NCBI GenBank assembly: GCA_964434935.1
Contig: CAYSWS010000005.1
Coordinates: forward strand, 1-52,918
Reading direction: 5' to 3'
Source: an uncultured Candidatus Saccharibacteria bacterium
GTDB taxonomy: Bacteria; Patescibacteriota; WWE3; UBA101185; UBA10185
DNA length: 52,918 nt
Below, piece by piece: positions 30,727 to 39,159 of the stretch. Position numbers and translations under genes: made by a program. The notes beneath the pieces were generated by a model, which saw only the letters and a list, made by a program, of their open reading frames with translations, was not told the DNA's origin and made no database searches. Numbering within the stretch: the first letter of the stretch is position 1; every line of letters begins with the position of its first letter.

Positions 30727-31365
30727 ATGAAAAAAGGTTTTGCACATGTTTTTATTTTGCTACTTTTAGTAATTGTCGGTATCGCTGTATATTTTCTAAT
30801 TTTCTACAAATCTACCTCAGCCCCAGTTGAAGAAAATATATCCCCATTTTCTGGAAATAATGCTGTTAACGAATTATTAAAGTCACAACCTGAAGAACCA
30901 AGTGAGATGTCGGGTTCAAGGCAAGAAGTAATACTTAGAGACGTTTTCAGTTTGACTTATCCTGATGATGTAGATGTTAGGGATGAGGGAGATATTATTT
31001 ATGTATCAAAATGGGGACCAACACAAAAAGTGCCCGCAGGCGTATCTGACGGGATATACTTAATTTTTAAGAAAGTATCATTAGGTGAAGTAAGTTTAGA
31101 AGATTATGTAATAAATGAGATCAACAAAACCAAGGAATTGGATACCGCAACTGCCGAAGTATTATTAGACATATCCCCAACGTCAATCAAAGATTACGAA
31201 GGATTTACATACACTGGTCGTGGTATGGGCGTGAGCAGATATATTTATATACAATCTTTGGACAAAACTACAACAATAGAGATAATCGATGCTACAGAAG
31301 ACCCGACAAATCAGGGATTTCATCAGATTGTTGAAGAAATGCTATCAACCTTTACATTCAAGTAA
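30727..31365 (+). CDS. exported hypothetical protein with pilin-like leader
   Basis: MKKGFAH plus hydrophobic helix; FSLTYP; ends MLSTFTF. Confidence 0.75.
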   Translation: MKKGFAHVFILLLLVIVGIAVYFLIFYKSTSAPVEENISPFSGNNAVNELLKSQPEEPSEMSGSRQEVILRDVFSLTYPDDVDVRDEGDIIYVSKWGPTQKVPAGVSDGIYLIFKKVSLGEVSLEDYVINEINKTKELDTATAEVLLDISPTSIKDYEGFTYTGRGMGVSRYIYIQSLDKTTTIEIIDATEDPTNQGFHQIVEEMLSTFTFK

Positions 31366-31411
31366 CTAAACCCGTTATATTAAAAACCCTCATTATAAAT
31401 ACGATGCTATA

Positions 31412-32266
31412 ATGTCCCTGATGTTGTTTAAGCAGATACAAGCCATACTGTTAGAAAAAGCCAACCATTTGAACGGCCAGTTTTTGAACTTCCTACCCAA
31501 CCTGCTAGCGGCCATCTTAGTATTGCTCTTATTTTTATTGATATCAAAGATTCTGAACAACTATTTCTACAAACTTGCAGGTAATCTAGTTAGGAAAAAA
31601 GATATAAGGAAATTTATGTCCGCTCTTTTAAAGGTATTGTTTATTTCTTTAGGAATATTGATAGCTTTAAATATATTAAACTTAAGCACGGCGGTAACAT
31701 CTATTCTAGCAGGGGCAGGAGTTGCCGGCTTAATAATCGGCTTTGCTTTGCAAGATATTATAGCCAACTACTTTTCAGGAGTAACAATATCAATTACCAA
31801 TCCGTTCAAGCCTGGTGATCTGGTGGAAATTGACGGCGAAGTTGGGGTTGTTGAAAAGATTGAATTCAGATCTACTCGGATCGTTGCCCCTGAAGGACAA
31901 GTTGTAGAAATTCCAAATAAAAATATCGTTAACCATAAGATCATCAACTATTCCCAGACAGGAGAGAGAAGAGTAGATATAAGTTCAGGCGTTTCTTATG
32001 ATAAAGACCCCGCGTTGGTTAAAAAAGTCGCATTGGAGGCTATCAAAAATGTTGACGGAATAGTAAAAGAGAGACCAATAGAGTTCTTTTTCGAAGATTA
32101 TGGAGATAGTTTTTTTAAATTTAAACTGAGAGTTTGGATGAATTTTGAAAACTCCCAAAAAGATTTTTTCTTTTTTAGATCAGAGATCTTAACAAGTCTG
32201 CTTGAGGCTTTTAATAAAAATGGGATCGAAATGCCTATCCCGGCCTCCATTGTTATCAATAAATAA
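31412..32266 (+). CDS. mscS: small-conductance mechanosensitive channel
   Basis: GFALQDIIANYFSG..PFKPGD.VEI..G.V..I..RST..IPN..I.N.S..RR. Confidence 0.92.
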   Translation: MSLMLFKQIQAILLEKANHLNGQFLNFLPNLLAAILVLLLFLLISKILNNYFYKLAGNLVRKKDIRKFMSALLKVLFISLGILIALNILNLSTAVTSILAGAGVAGLIIGFALQDIIANYFSGVTISITNPFKPGDLVEIDGEVGVVEKIEFRSTRIVAPEGQVVEIPNKNIVNHKIINYSQTGERRVDISSGVSYDKDPALVKKVALEAIKNVDGIVKERPIEFFFEDYGDSFFKFKLRVWMNFENSQKDFFFFRSEILTSLLEAFNKNGIEMPIPASIVINK

Positions 32267-32310
32267 GGTAAAAGATAGACCTGAGACAGCCAACGCTGCA
32301 AGGTTGCTTG

Positions 32311-32338
32311 GCTCCCCATACAGAACTTTATCCGAACA
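32311..32338. repeat. dif/Xer-like site copy 1
   Basis: GCTCCCCATAC AGAACT TTATCCGAACA. Confidence 0.8.
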
Positions 32339-32371
32339 ATGTTTTTGAAGGTTTTGGTATAGAAAAAGTGA

Positions 32372-32423
32372 AGGGCACCTTTAACTCGTTGAGAATGGAT
32401 CTCATTGAGAAGTAAGGTGCCCT
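32372..32423 (-). terminator. cassette 1 terminator
   Basis: AGGGCACCTT...AAGGTGCCCT then TCACTTTTTC on the minus strand. Confidence 0.7.
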
Positions 32424-32473
32424 GGGGGTTAAATAAACAACTGCAAATCTTACGAAGTCTATTTCATTACCTC

Positions 32474-32755
32474 CTAGATATTGGCCTCGCCCATATAAAA
32501 ATAATGTAAAACAAGGCCCACTGGTATTTGAACGGTTCCGATATAGTCAAAGACGTTAGTGACTTCCTCGGAAATTGGATTTCCAGTTCCTGCGCAACAA
32601 AAGTTGTGATAAACTTCGGGATTTTCTGGATTCACCAGCGCCCAAATAAAGACTTCATCACGCTGTACCTGTACTGTTAGTGGTATGCTCCCTATTGGCA
32701 TCATAACATCGAACGTATCAACTAAGGGTGCGAGATATTTCCAAATCTTTCTCAT
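32474..32755 (-). CDS. cassette 1 cargo: phage-type small hypothetical protein
   Basis: M..IWKY..MP.G...L.VQ.Q....IWALV.P....F...GTG.P....YIGTVQ..GLV.H.F pattern recalled from a widespread phage hypothetical family; TTGACT-17-TACAAT promoter, AGGAG SD. Confidence 0.75.
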   Translation of the reverse strand: MRKIWKYLAPLVDTFDVMMPIGSIPLTVQVQRDEVFIWALVNPENPEVYHNFCCAGTGNPISEEVTNVFDYIGTVQIPVGLVLHYFYMGEANI

Positions 32756-32832
32756 TGTTTCTCCTTTTTGTTGAGTTTGTTGGTGGTAATTGTACTATCC
32801 CCAGACCAACAAGTCAACACTATAGGGTGTTG

Positions 32833-32860
32833 GCTCCCCATACAGAACTTTATCCGTAGT
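32833..32860. repeat. dif/Xer-like site copy 2
   Basis: GCTCCCCATAC AGAACT TTATCCGTAGT. Confidence 0.8.
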
Positions 32861-32892
32861 GTTTTGGTGAATGTTTTTGTGTAGAAGAAAGA

Positions 32893-32942
32893 AAAAACCG
32901 CCTTGGGGTTGTGAAATTGATCACTACCTTACGGCGGTTTTT
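32893..32942 (-). terminator. cassette 2 terminator
   Basis: AAAAACCGCC...GGCGGTTTTT. Confidence 0.7.
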
Positions 32943-32964
32943 AAAGCAGATTATCTTCTCGTTT

Positions 32965-33255
32965 TTACCCACGAAGAGTTCTCAACAACTCTTTGTCTTC
33001 ATAAAGACGGACGATGAATCTCCTCAAAGGTTCATAGGAAAGAACATACTCCCAATTCTTGTCGACTGCTAAATCCTTGGAAATTACCATGAAGATTTTG
33101 ATGATGGTGTCTCCACTTGTAGGCTTGTTGCCAGAAAGGAATCGGCCTATGGTTTTTGGGTTTAAACCGCTAATTCTAGCCAGCTCTTTCTGTGTTATTC
33201 CTTTTTCTTTTAGGTATTCACTAACGATTCTTCGTCTTACACTCTCGTCGTTCAC
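32965..33255 (-). CDS. cassette 2 cargo: XRE/Cro-type HTH transcriptional regulator
   Basis: LKEKGITQKELARISGLNPKTIGRFLSG; TTGACT-17-TATAAT promoter, AGGAGG SD, GTG start. Confidence 0.85.
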   Translation of the reverse strand: MNDESVRRRIVSEYLKEKGITQKELARISGLNPKTIGRFLSGNKPTSGDTIIKIFMVISKDLAVDKNWEYVLSYEPLRRFIVRLYEDKELLRTLRG

Positions 33256-33336
33256 AGCCTAATTCCTCCTTACTGTTTTATTTGTGCGATTATAGGACAA
33301 AGTTATTAACAAGTCAACACTATAGGATAGTGGGCC

Positions 33337-33364
33337 CCCCCCCATACAGAACTTTATCCGAACA
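33337..33364. repeat. dif/Xer-like site copy 3 (left arm in a C9 run)
   Basis: CCCCCCCATAC AGAACT TTATCCGAACA. Confidence 0.8.
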
Positions 33365-33398
33365 AAGTTATTGAATATTTTGGTATAGAAAAAGTACA

Positions 33399-33434
33399 GG
33401 GCACCTAAAACTTTTGAAAAAGAAATAGGTGCCC
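33399..33434 (-). terminator. cassette 3 terminator
   Basis: GGGCACCTA...TAGGTGCCC then TGTACTTTTTC on the minus strand. Confidence 0.7.
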
Positions 33435-33454
33435 CAAGGGCGATCTTGTAAACA

Positions 33455-33973
33455 TCATGGCGGACAAACCGCTTCAATCTCCAAGACTCGCCAAACAGGA
33501 ACAGAAGTTAGTTCTCCCTCGTCAAGTACAAATGCCCAACCCAGTTCCCGATATTTCTGGTATTCCCCAAGATTTAGCAGATAGATTTTTGCTCTATCGA
33601 GGTTTGTTGGGACGGCTTGGGTGCTGATTGACCAGCCCCCGATAGGAACACAATCTTGGCCAGGCGCGGGTCTGTAGTGTTGGGAATCAAGCTCTGCTTG
33701 TGTTGCTCCTATGCTATAAAGGTATCGTGCCTCGTCTATAGCGTAGTAAGCTTTCTCAGCTTGAGGTGGAAGAAATAGTGCAATGAGCAGCCCCGACACC
33801 GCAATAAATGCATAGATCACGAGAACTCCGCGGTTTCCTCTGTCGTTTTCTTCCTTTCCTTTTCGAATATCAATTACCAAGGCCGCAGAGAGAACGAAGG
33901 CAAACCATATAAGCATAAACCCTGTATACCTAGCGATCGAGGACCAAAAAGCAGCCCAGTCAGTGTAGTACAT
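33455..33973 (-). CDS. cassette 3 cargo: two-TM membrane protein
   Basis: two N-terminal TM helices; TTGGCA-17-GATAAT promoter, AGGAG SD. Confidence 0.75.
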   Translation of the reverse strand: MYYTDWAAFWSSIARYTGFMLIWFAFVLSAALVIDIRKGKEENDRGNRGVLVIYAFIAVSGLLIALFLPPQAEKAYYAIDEARYLYSIGATQAELDSQHYRPAPGQDCVPIGGWSISTQAVPTNLDRAKIYLLNLGEYQKYRELGWAFVLDEGELTSVPVWRVLEIEAVCPP

Positions 33974-34074
33974 TTTTCTTCTCCTTATTTGGGATTAGAT
34001 ATGGGAATAACGTGATTATTTCTAAGTGTTATTATCGCAAGTAACAAGGAAACTGCCAACACTATAGGATAGTA

Positions 34075-34102
34075 GCTCCCCATACGGAACTTTATCCGAA
34101 GT
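34075..34102. repeat. dif/Xer-like site copy 4
   Basis: GCTCCCCATAC GGAACT TTATCCGAAGT (reverse complement ACTTCGGATAA AGTTCC GTATGGGGAGC). Confidence 0.8.
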
Positions 34103-34145
34103 TTAATCCTGTTCGAAATAGATTAATGCATATTATACTTAGGCT

Positions 34146-34898
34146 ATGAAAGTTAAATATATAAAAGACATAGATTATGATTCTGAGATATTGTGGATTA
34201 TGTTGTCCAGTCCTGATCCGGCAGGTAATAAAAACAGAGCAACAAGTATGGGACTGGAAATGAATACCTACGAAAAGATAGCTAAGGCAGAAGATTACAA
34301 GGATATAAAAGATTTCATTCTGAAACTAGTAGAAGAAAAATATAAAGAAAATAGCATTACAATTAGCAAAGCTCCAGCTTTATATCAGAAGGCTTGGAAT
34401 AAAATAAACGATAAATTTTCAGATAATATTGAGAAGATAACAAACACCAAATGGCACCACGACACGTTTTTTGTGGTCTTAAGTCCATTCCACATTGGGG
34501 TCAGCAATACTGGAGGTGATAAAGTCATCAGATCAATTTTTGAAGATCCTGAGGATCAAAAAAGGATCACAGCACATGAGATTTTAATGTCACATATCTG
34601 GAATATCATGTTTGATAGTTTTGGGGATAAAGCAAAGCAGGACTCGTATATGCATTATTGGGGTTTGAATGAAATAGCTACCACTGCTGTTCTTGGGCTC
34701 GAATCGGAGATGAATGATTTATGGACGCAAAATTATAAAGGTTATGATAACTACCTAGGAAACTATCCCCAACTGAAAAAGCTTCAAAATAAAATGAAGG
34801 ATGTATATTTAGCGAAAAATAGCTTTACTGATTTTTTAAATGAGGGAATCTCAATAATCGAGTCAGAATATAAAGAAATCCCGCTGTATTTGATTTAA
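34146..34898 (+). CDS. AT-rich hypothetical protein, possible zincin-like
   Basis: 250-aa ORF with ITAHEILMSH and downstream LNE. Confidence 0.7.
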   Translation: MKVKYIKDIDYDSEILWIMLSSPDPAGNKNRATSMGLEMNTYEKIAKAEDYKDIKDFILKLVEEKYKENSITISKAPALYQKAWNKINDKFSDNIEKITNTKWHHDTFFVVLSPFHIGVSNTGGDKVIRSIFEDPEDQKRITAHEILMSHIWNIMFDSFGDKAKQDSYMHYWGLNEIATTAVLGLESEMNDLWTQNYKGYDNYLGNYPQLKKLQNKMKDVYLAKNSFTDFLNEGISIIESEYKEIPLYLI

Positions 34899-35020
34899 AA
34901 AGCCAGTTTTAATTTCAAAAAAACCGCTACACGTGAGAAATACTAAGACGACCGCTAGGACTAGTTGAAAATACCGGTATATTAGTGAAATTGGGGATTT
35001 CAGAACCTCAGAGCATGCTG

Positions 35021-35095
35021 TGGCTCCCTCGGGTGGACTCGAACCACCAACCTACCGGTTAACAGCCGGGCGCTCTGCCATTGAGCTACGAGGGA
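35021..35095 (-). tRNA. tRNA-Asn(GTT)
   Basis: TCCCTCG/CGAGGGA acceptor stem, CT-GTT-AA loop, GGTTCGAGTCC, GCCA end. Confidence 0.96.
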
Positions 35096-35187
35096 TCATG
35101 TTCGTGCAGCATAAAACCTTAGAGAAAACTCCCGCGCTACACGCGTAGAACAAAAAGATGTTATCACAATGATATAGGAAAGTGAAA

Positions 35188-36036
35188 TTACTTGGAAGCC
35201 GCGCCGCTCTTGGCTAGATGATAGATGACAACAATGCCGTAGAAGGCATTAAAACCCAAGAACCAATAGGGAAAGGCCGGTTCCGATCCCACCAGTATAA
35301 AGGCCACTTCCATGCTCAAGGGCAAAGTAATAGTGTGTAGGGCTATCTTGTAATAAGTCCTGAAATTCTTCTTCATTTTCAAAACATTTCCCATAGCCAT
35401 AAGTATCAAGGCCACTAAAAAGAGATAGGCTAATCTAAAAGCCATAAAGTAAAAAAGCGTTCCCACTAGGACAAAAGAAATAATGAGCAGCGGAATATAT
35501 TTTGAAAAAGACCTTACATTTTCGACCAAAGCCGTCACATCATCCTTGGTCACCTTACCATCAGGCATGGTTTCCAGCGGATAGACCTCAATTCGGTTCT
35601 GATTGCCCAGCACTATCAAATTCACATCATTTACGATCATGAAAGTATCCATCTCTTCCAGATCGTTGATGGTGCCTTGGTGGTCCAGGACAACCAAATT
35701 CTCGGGGAAATCAACTTCTTCGGCGGTGAAGAATTCCGGAGCTTTTATGGCAAAGGGCTCGGGCTGGTTAATTTGCCACATGCCGTCTTGTACGGTTATT
35801 TCCAGGCGGCTAGGGTAAGTAGCCAAGAATTCGTCCAGCAAATTGTTGAGGATGTTTCGAACCCTGGGTATGGCCGGAACGGCAAACCTGACCGTGGTAA
35901 GCAGTGTGGCCACCAGCGCCAAACTAATAAAATACTTAAAAGAAAAATCAGCCTTAACTTTGAGCAGGTCTTTGTAGTAGTCCACATCGATCAAACTTCT
36001 TCTGTAGACATACCAGAAAGCTTTCAGTCGTTTCAT
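35188..36036 (-). CDS. DUF1189-like membrane protein
   Basis: N-terminal TM helix, extracellular domain, C-terminal TM helices with YKIALHTITLP. Confidence 0.65.
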   Translation of the reverse strand: MKRLKAFWYVYRRSLIDVDYYKDLLKVKADFSFKYFISLALVATLLTTVRFAVPAIPRVRNILNNLLDEFLATYPSRLEITVQDGMWQINQPEPFAIKAPEFFTAEEVDFPENLVVLDHQGTINDLEEMDTFMIVNDVNLIVLGNQNRIEVYPLETMPDGKVTKDDVTALVENVRSFSKYIPLLIISFVLVGTLFYFMAFRLAYLFLVALILMAMGNVLKMKKNFRTYYKIALHTITLPLSMEVAFILVGSEPAFPYWFLGFNAFYGIVVIYHLAKSGAASK

Positions 36037-36066
36037 GAAATAAGTTTAGCATATTAATAGTGCGGG

Positions 36067-36102
36067 TTGACAAGCAGGTATTATATCGATTAGTATCAAT
36101 AT
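36067..36102 (+). promoter_or_regulatory. suf operon promoter with ArsR-type inverted repeat
   Basis: TTGACA at 36067, TAGTAT at 36091; ATATCGAT-TAGT-ATCAATAT near-palindrome over -10 and start. Confidence 0.6.
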
Positions 36103-36400
36103 GATGAGCGGAAAAACTTATTGTACACACTGTTTCAAGACCTTGGGAGTCCCATCCAGGATGGGGATATATAAGTATTTGCGCGATAAAGGAACGTGCT
36201 CGGTGGGGGAGGTAGTGGAAAACACTGATCTTACGCAGCCTACCGTTTCATACCATTTGAGCGAAATGAAAAAAAGCGGTTTGTTGAAAAGCGAGAAAAG
36301 GGGCAAAGAGGTTTTTTATACCATCAGCGCAAAGTGTCCGCATATGAACGTGGAGTGTGTCATGGAAAACGTTAATTTTAGGCAGGTATTTCATGTCTGA
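36101..36400 (+). CDS. ArsR/SmtB family transcriptional regulator (Cys-rich)
   Basis: FKTLG.PSR..I...L....SVGEV....LTQPTVSYHL..M...GLL....GKEVFY. Confidence 0.9.
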   Translation: MMSGKTYCTHCFKTLGVPSRMGIYKYLRDKGTCSVGEVVENTDLTQPTVSYHLSEMKKSGLLKSEKRGKEVFYTISAKCPHMNVECVMENVNFRQVFHV

Positions 36401-37133
36401 CATTTTGGATATCAAAGGTCTGGAGGTTTCGGCCGAAGGTAAAAAGATCATCAAGGGTGTGAGCTTGGCTTTGGAGGAGGGCAAGATCAATGTTCTCATG
36501 GGCCCCAACGGCTCCGGCAAAAGCACTTTAGCTCAGGTTCTCATGGGCCACCCGGGATTTACTGTAGATAAAGGCACCGTTAATTTTGACGGTAAGAGTA
36601 TTTTAGAGTTGGCGCCGGACGAAAGATCGGCTCAAGGTATTTTCTTATCCTTCCAGTACCCCAGCGAAGTCCCCGGTGTGACCATTTCCAGTTATTTGCG
36701 CCTGGTCTATAACAAGAAATTTGAGCAGAACCTGACGCCGGTGAAATTCAGAGCTTTTATAAAGGAAAAAATGGAGTTGCTAGGCATTGATGAGAGTTTT
36801 TTAAGCAGATATCTTAACGAAGGCTTTTCCGGCGGTGAAAAAAAGAGGATGGAGATCCTGCAGATGCTGGTACTGGAGCCAAAATTGGCTATTTTGGACG
36901 AGACCGACAGCGGTTTGGACATAGACGCCATCAAGGTGGTAGCTGAAGCGGTTGGTGCCCTGCATAAAAAGACCCAGATGACGGTGCTACTCATTACCCA
37001 CTACAGCCGAATTTTGCAATATATTGAACCGGATAAGGTTTTTGTCATGCAGGACGGCAGTATTACCAGGTTCGGCGGCAGAGAGCTGGCACAAGAGTTG
37101 GAGGAAAAGGGCTACGCTCCTTTTGGCGAATAA
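36393..37133 (+). CDS. sufC: Fe-S cluster assembly ATPase
   Basis: [50 protein letters not shown]. Confidence 0.96.
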   Translation: MSDILDIKGLEVSAEGKKIIKGVSLALEEGKINVLMGPNGSGKSTLAQVLMGHPGFTVDKGTVNFDGKSILELAPDERSAQGIFLSFQYPSEVPGVTISSYLRLVYNKKFEQNLTPVKFRAFIKEKMELLGIDESFLSRYLNEGFSGGEKKRMEILQMLVLEPKLAILDETDSGLDIDAIKVVAEAVGALHKKTQMTVLLITHYSRILQYIEPDKVFVMQDGSITRFGGRELAQELEEKGYAPFGE

Positions 37134-38569
37134 TGGGTAAAAAGCAGCTGGAGGCAAAAGCAAAGAAAAAGACCGTCGATCCCATTTCTTCTGATTACAA
37201 GAGCAAATACGGTTTTAGCAAGCCTGAGAACTATGTCTTCAAAAGCAAAAGAGGCCTGAGTGAGGAGGTTGTCAGAGAGATCTCGCATATGAAGGATGAG
37301 CCGGAATGGATGCTTGATCTTAGGTTGAAAGCGCTGGAAGTGTTCTTTCGAAAACCCACCCCGACCTGGGGCGGTGACCTCTCCCACATCAACTACGACG
37401 AAATTTATTATTATCTCAAACCCACCGCCAAAGCCGAAAGAAGCTGGGATGATGTTCCTCAGGAGATGAAGAACACCTTTGATAGGTTGGGCGTGCCGGA
37501 AGCGGAAAAGAAATTCTTATCCGGCGTGAAAGCCCAGTATGACAGCGAGGTTATCTATGATTCCCTGAGAGAAGAGCTGGCCGAAGAAGGCATCATCTTT
37601 TTAAGCACCGATGACGCTCTCAAAAAATATCCTGAATTTTTCAGGGAATACTTTGGCAAGATCATTCCCCCCAACGACAACAAATTCGCGGCTCTAAACA
37701 GCGCCGTGTGGAGTGGGGGCTCATTTGTCTACATTCCTAAAGGTGTGAAAGTGAAGCGGCCTCTGCAGGCATATTTCAGGATAAACGCGCAGAACATGGG
37801 GCAGTTTGAGCGTACTCTCATCATTGCCGATGAAGGCAGCTACGCCCACTACGTGGAGGGCTGCACGGCGCCTGTGTATTCCACGGACTCTTTGCATGCC
37901 GCCGTGGTTGAGGTCATTGTCAAACCCGGAGCCAGATTTAGGTACACTACCATCCAGAATTGGTCCGGAGATGTTTATAATCTGGTCACCAAGCGCGCTC
38001 GGGTGGAAAAGGACGCCATCATGGAGTGGGTGGACGGAAATCTGGGTTCCAAGCTGACCATGAAGTACCCCTCCTGCTTTTTGGTAGGCGAAAGAGCGCA
38101 CGGTGAGGTTTTATCCATTGCTTATGCCAATAAAAATCAACACCAGGATGCCGGGGCCAAGATGATACATACAGCTTCCAATACCAGTTCGAGCATTATT
38201 TCCAAATCAGTCAGTCTGCACGGCGGACGAACCAGCTACAGAGGCATGGTAACGGTCTCTCCGCAGGCTAAGCACGTGAAAAGCCGGGTTGAGTGTGATG
38301 CTCTTATTCTGGACAGCCAGTCTGCCTCTGATACGTTCCCACGTATGCAGATCGATGAGAGTTCAGCCAATGTAGAGCATGAAGCCACCGTAAGCAAAAT
38401 AGGTGAAGAAAAGCTGTTTTACTTGATGAGCCGGGGTTTAACGGAGACGGAGGCCATGAGTTTGATGGTGTCCGGCTTCATCGAACCTATTGTCAAGGAA
38501 TTACCGTTGGAATATGCTGTGGAGCTCAACCGCTTGATCGAAATGGAGATGGAAGGGAGTGTAGGTTAA
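37133..38569 (+). CDS. sufB: Fe-S cluster assembly scaffold
   Basis: [55 protein letters not shown]. Confidence 0.97.
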   Translation: MGKKQLEAKAKKKTVDPISSDYKSKYGFSKPENYVFKSKRGLSEEVVREISHMKDEPEWMLDLRLKALEVFFRKPTPTWGGDLSHINYDEIYYYLKPTAKAERSWDDVPQEMKNTFDRLGVPEAEKKFLSGVKAQYDSEVIYDSLREELAEEGIIFLSTDDALKKYPEFFREYFGKIIPPNDNKFAALNSAVWSGGSFVYIPKGVKVKRPLQAYFRINAQNMGQFERTLIIADEGSYAHYVEGCTAPVYSTDSLHAAVVEVIVKPGARFRYTTIQNWSGDVYNLVTKRARVEKDAIMEWVDGNLGSKLTMKYPSCFLVGERAHGEVLSIAYANKNQHQDAGAKMIHTASNTSSSIISKSVSLHGGRTSYRGMVTVSPQAKHVKSRVECDALILDSQSASDTFPRMQIDESSANVEHEATVSKIGEEKLFYLMSRGLTETEAMSLMVSGFIEPIVKELPLEYAVELNRLIEMEMEGSVG

Positions 38570-39159
38570 TGAAGACGCAGCTGGTGTCCGTGCAAGAAAA
38601 TACCGTGCTCAAAGTTGTGGAAGATACGCAGTTTGTGCTTGGTGTGGCGGAGTTTAGTCCGGAGAAGAACTATGCATTGTCGTTGATGTTCGAAAAACCC
38701 GGAGTAGAGGCGGAAATTGTGGGCATTTTTAGACTTTCTCAAGGTCAAGCTCTCAATTTGGCTACTTCCGCCGTGCACAAGGCACCTCAAACCAAATGTT
38801 TTACCTATGTTAAAGGGGTTTTGCTGGACAATGCCCGCTCTGATTATGTGGGCAAGATCATTATTGAAAAAAAAGCCCAGCAGACCAGTTCTTATCTGGA
38901 AGAAAATGTTATTGTGGTGGGAGAAAACACGCATAACAATTCACAGCCCATTTTGGAGATCGAGGCCGATGACGTGAAAGCCTCCCATGGAGCCACTACG
39001 GGCAGAATTGATGATGAGCAAATTTATTACCTGCGCACCAGGGGACTTTCCAACCAAGAAGCGGAAAACGTTATCATAGAGGGATTTTTCAATAGCTTAC
39101 TAAACAGGATAAAAGATGAGAAAATAAGGCATAAAGTTGCTGAAAAACTATATGCTTGA
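38569..39159 (+). CDS. sufD: short SufD-family protein
   Basis: PILEIEADDVKASHGATTGRIDDEQIYYLRTRG; operon position; only 196 aa. Confidence 0.88.
   Translation: MKTQLVSVQENTVLKVVEDTQFVLGVAEFSPEKNYALSLMFEKPGVEAEIVGIFRLSQGQALNLATSAVHKAPQTKCFTYVKGVLLDNARSDYVGKIIIEKKAQQTSSYLEENVIVVGENTHNNSQPILEIEADDVKASHGATTGRIDDEQIYYLRTRGLSNQEAENVIIEGFFNSLLNRIKDEKIRHKVAEKLYA

Larger units (their letters stand above)
32311..34102 (-). mobile_element. tandem array of three single-gene cassettes bounded by four directly repeated recombination-like sites
   Basis: repeat spacing 522, 504 and 738 bp; each unit = conserved promoter arm + SD + ORF + hairpin + conserved tail. Confidence 0.7.

Noticed and set aside
32309-32338. 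Repeat as a duplicated tRNA-Asn 3' end (shares TGGCTCCC and a GTTCG)
   Set aside because: Identity stops after 8 bp, and the GTTCG-to-CCA distance (29 versus 24 nt) does not fit a tRNA T arm.
32372-33434. Cassette hairpins as classical integron attC sites
   Set aside because: No RYYYAAC/GTTRRRY boxes bound the stems, and no IntI-type integrase is recognisable here; they read as terminators.
32311-34102. Repeats as a CRISPR array
   Set aside because: The intervals are 0.5-0.7 kb and contain whole genes; no cas genes in the window.
34926-35144. CGCTACACG on both sides of tRNA-Asn
   Set aside because: Only 9 bp; not significant.
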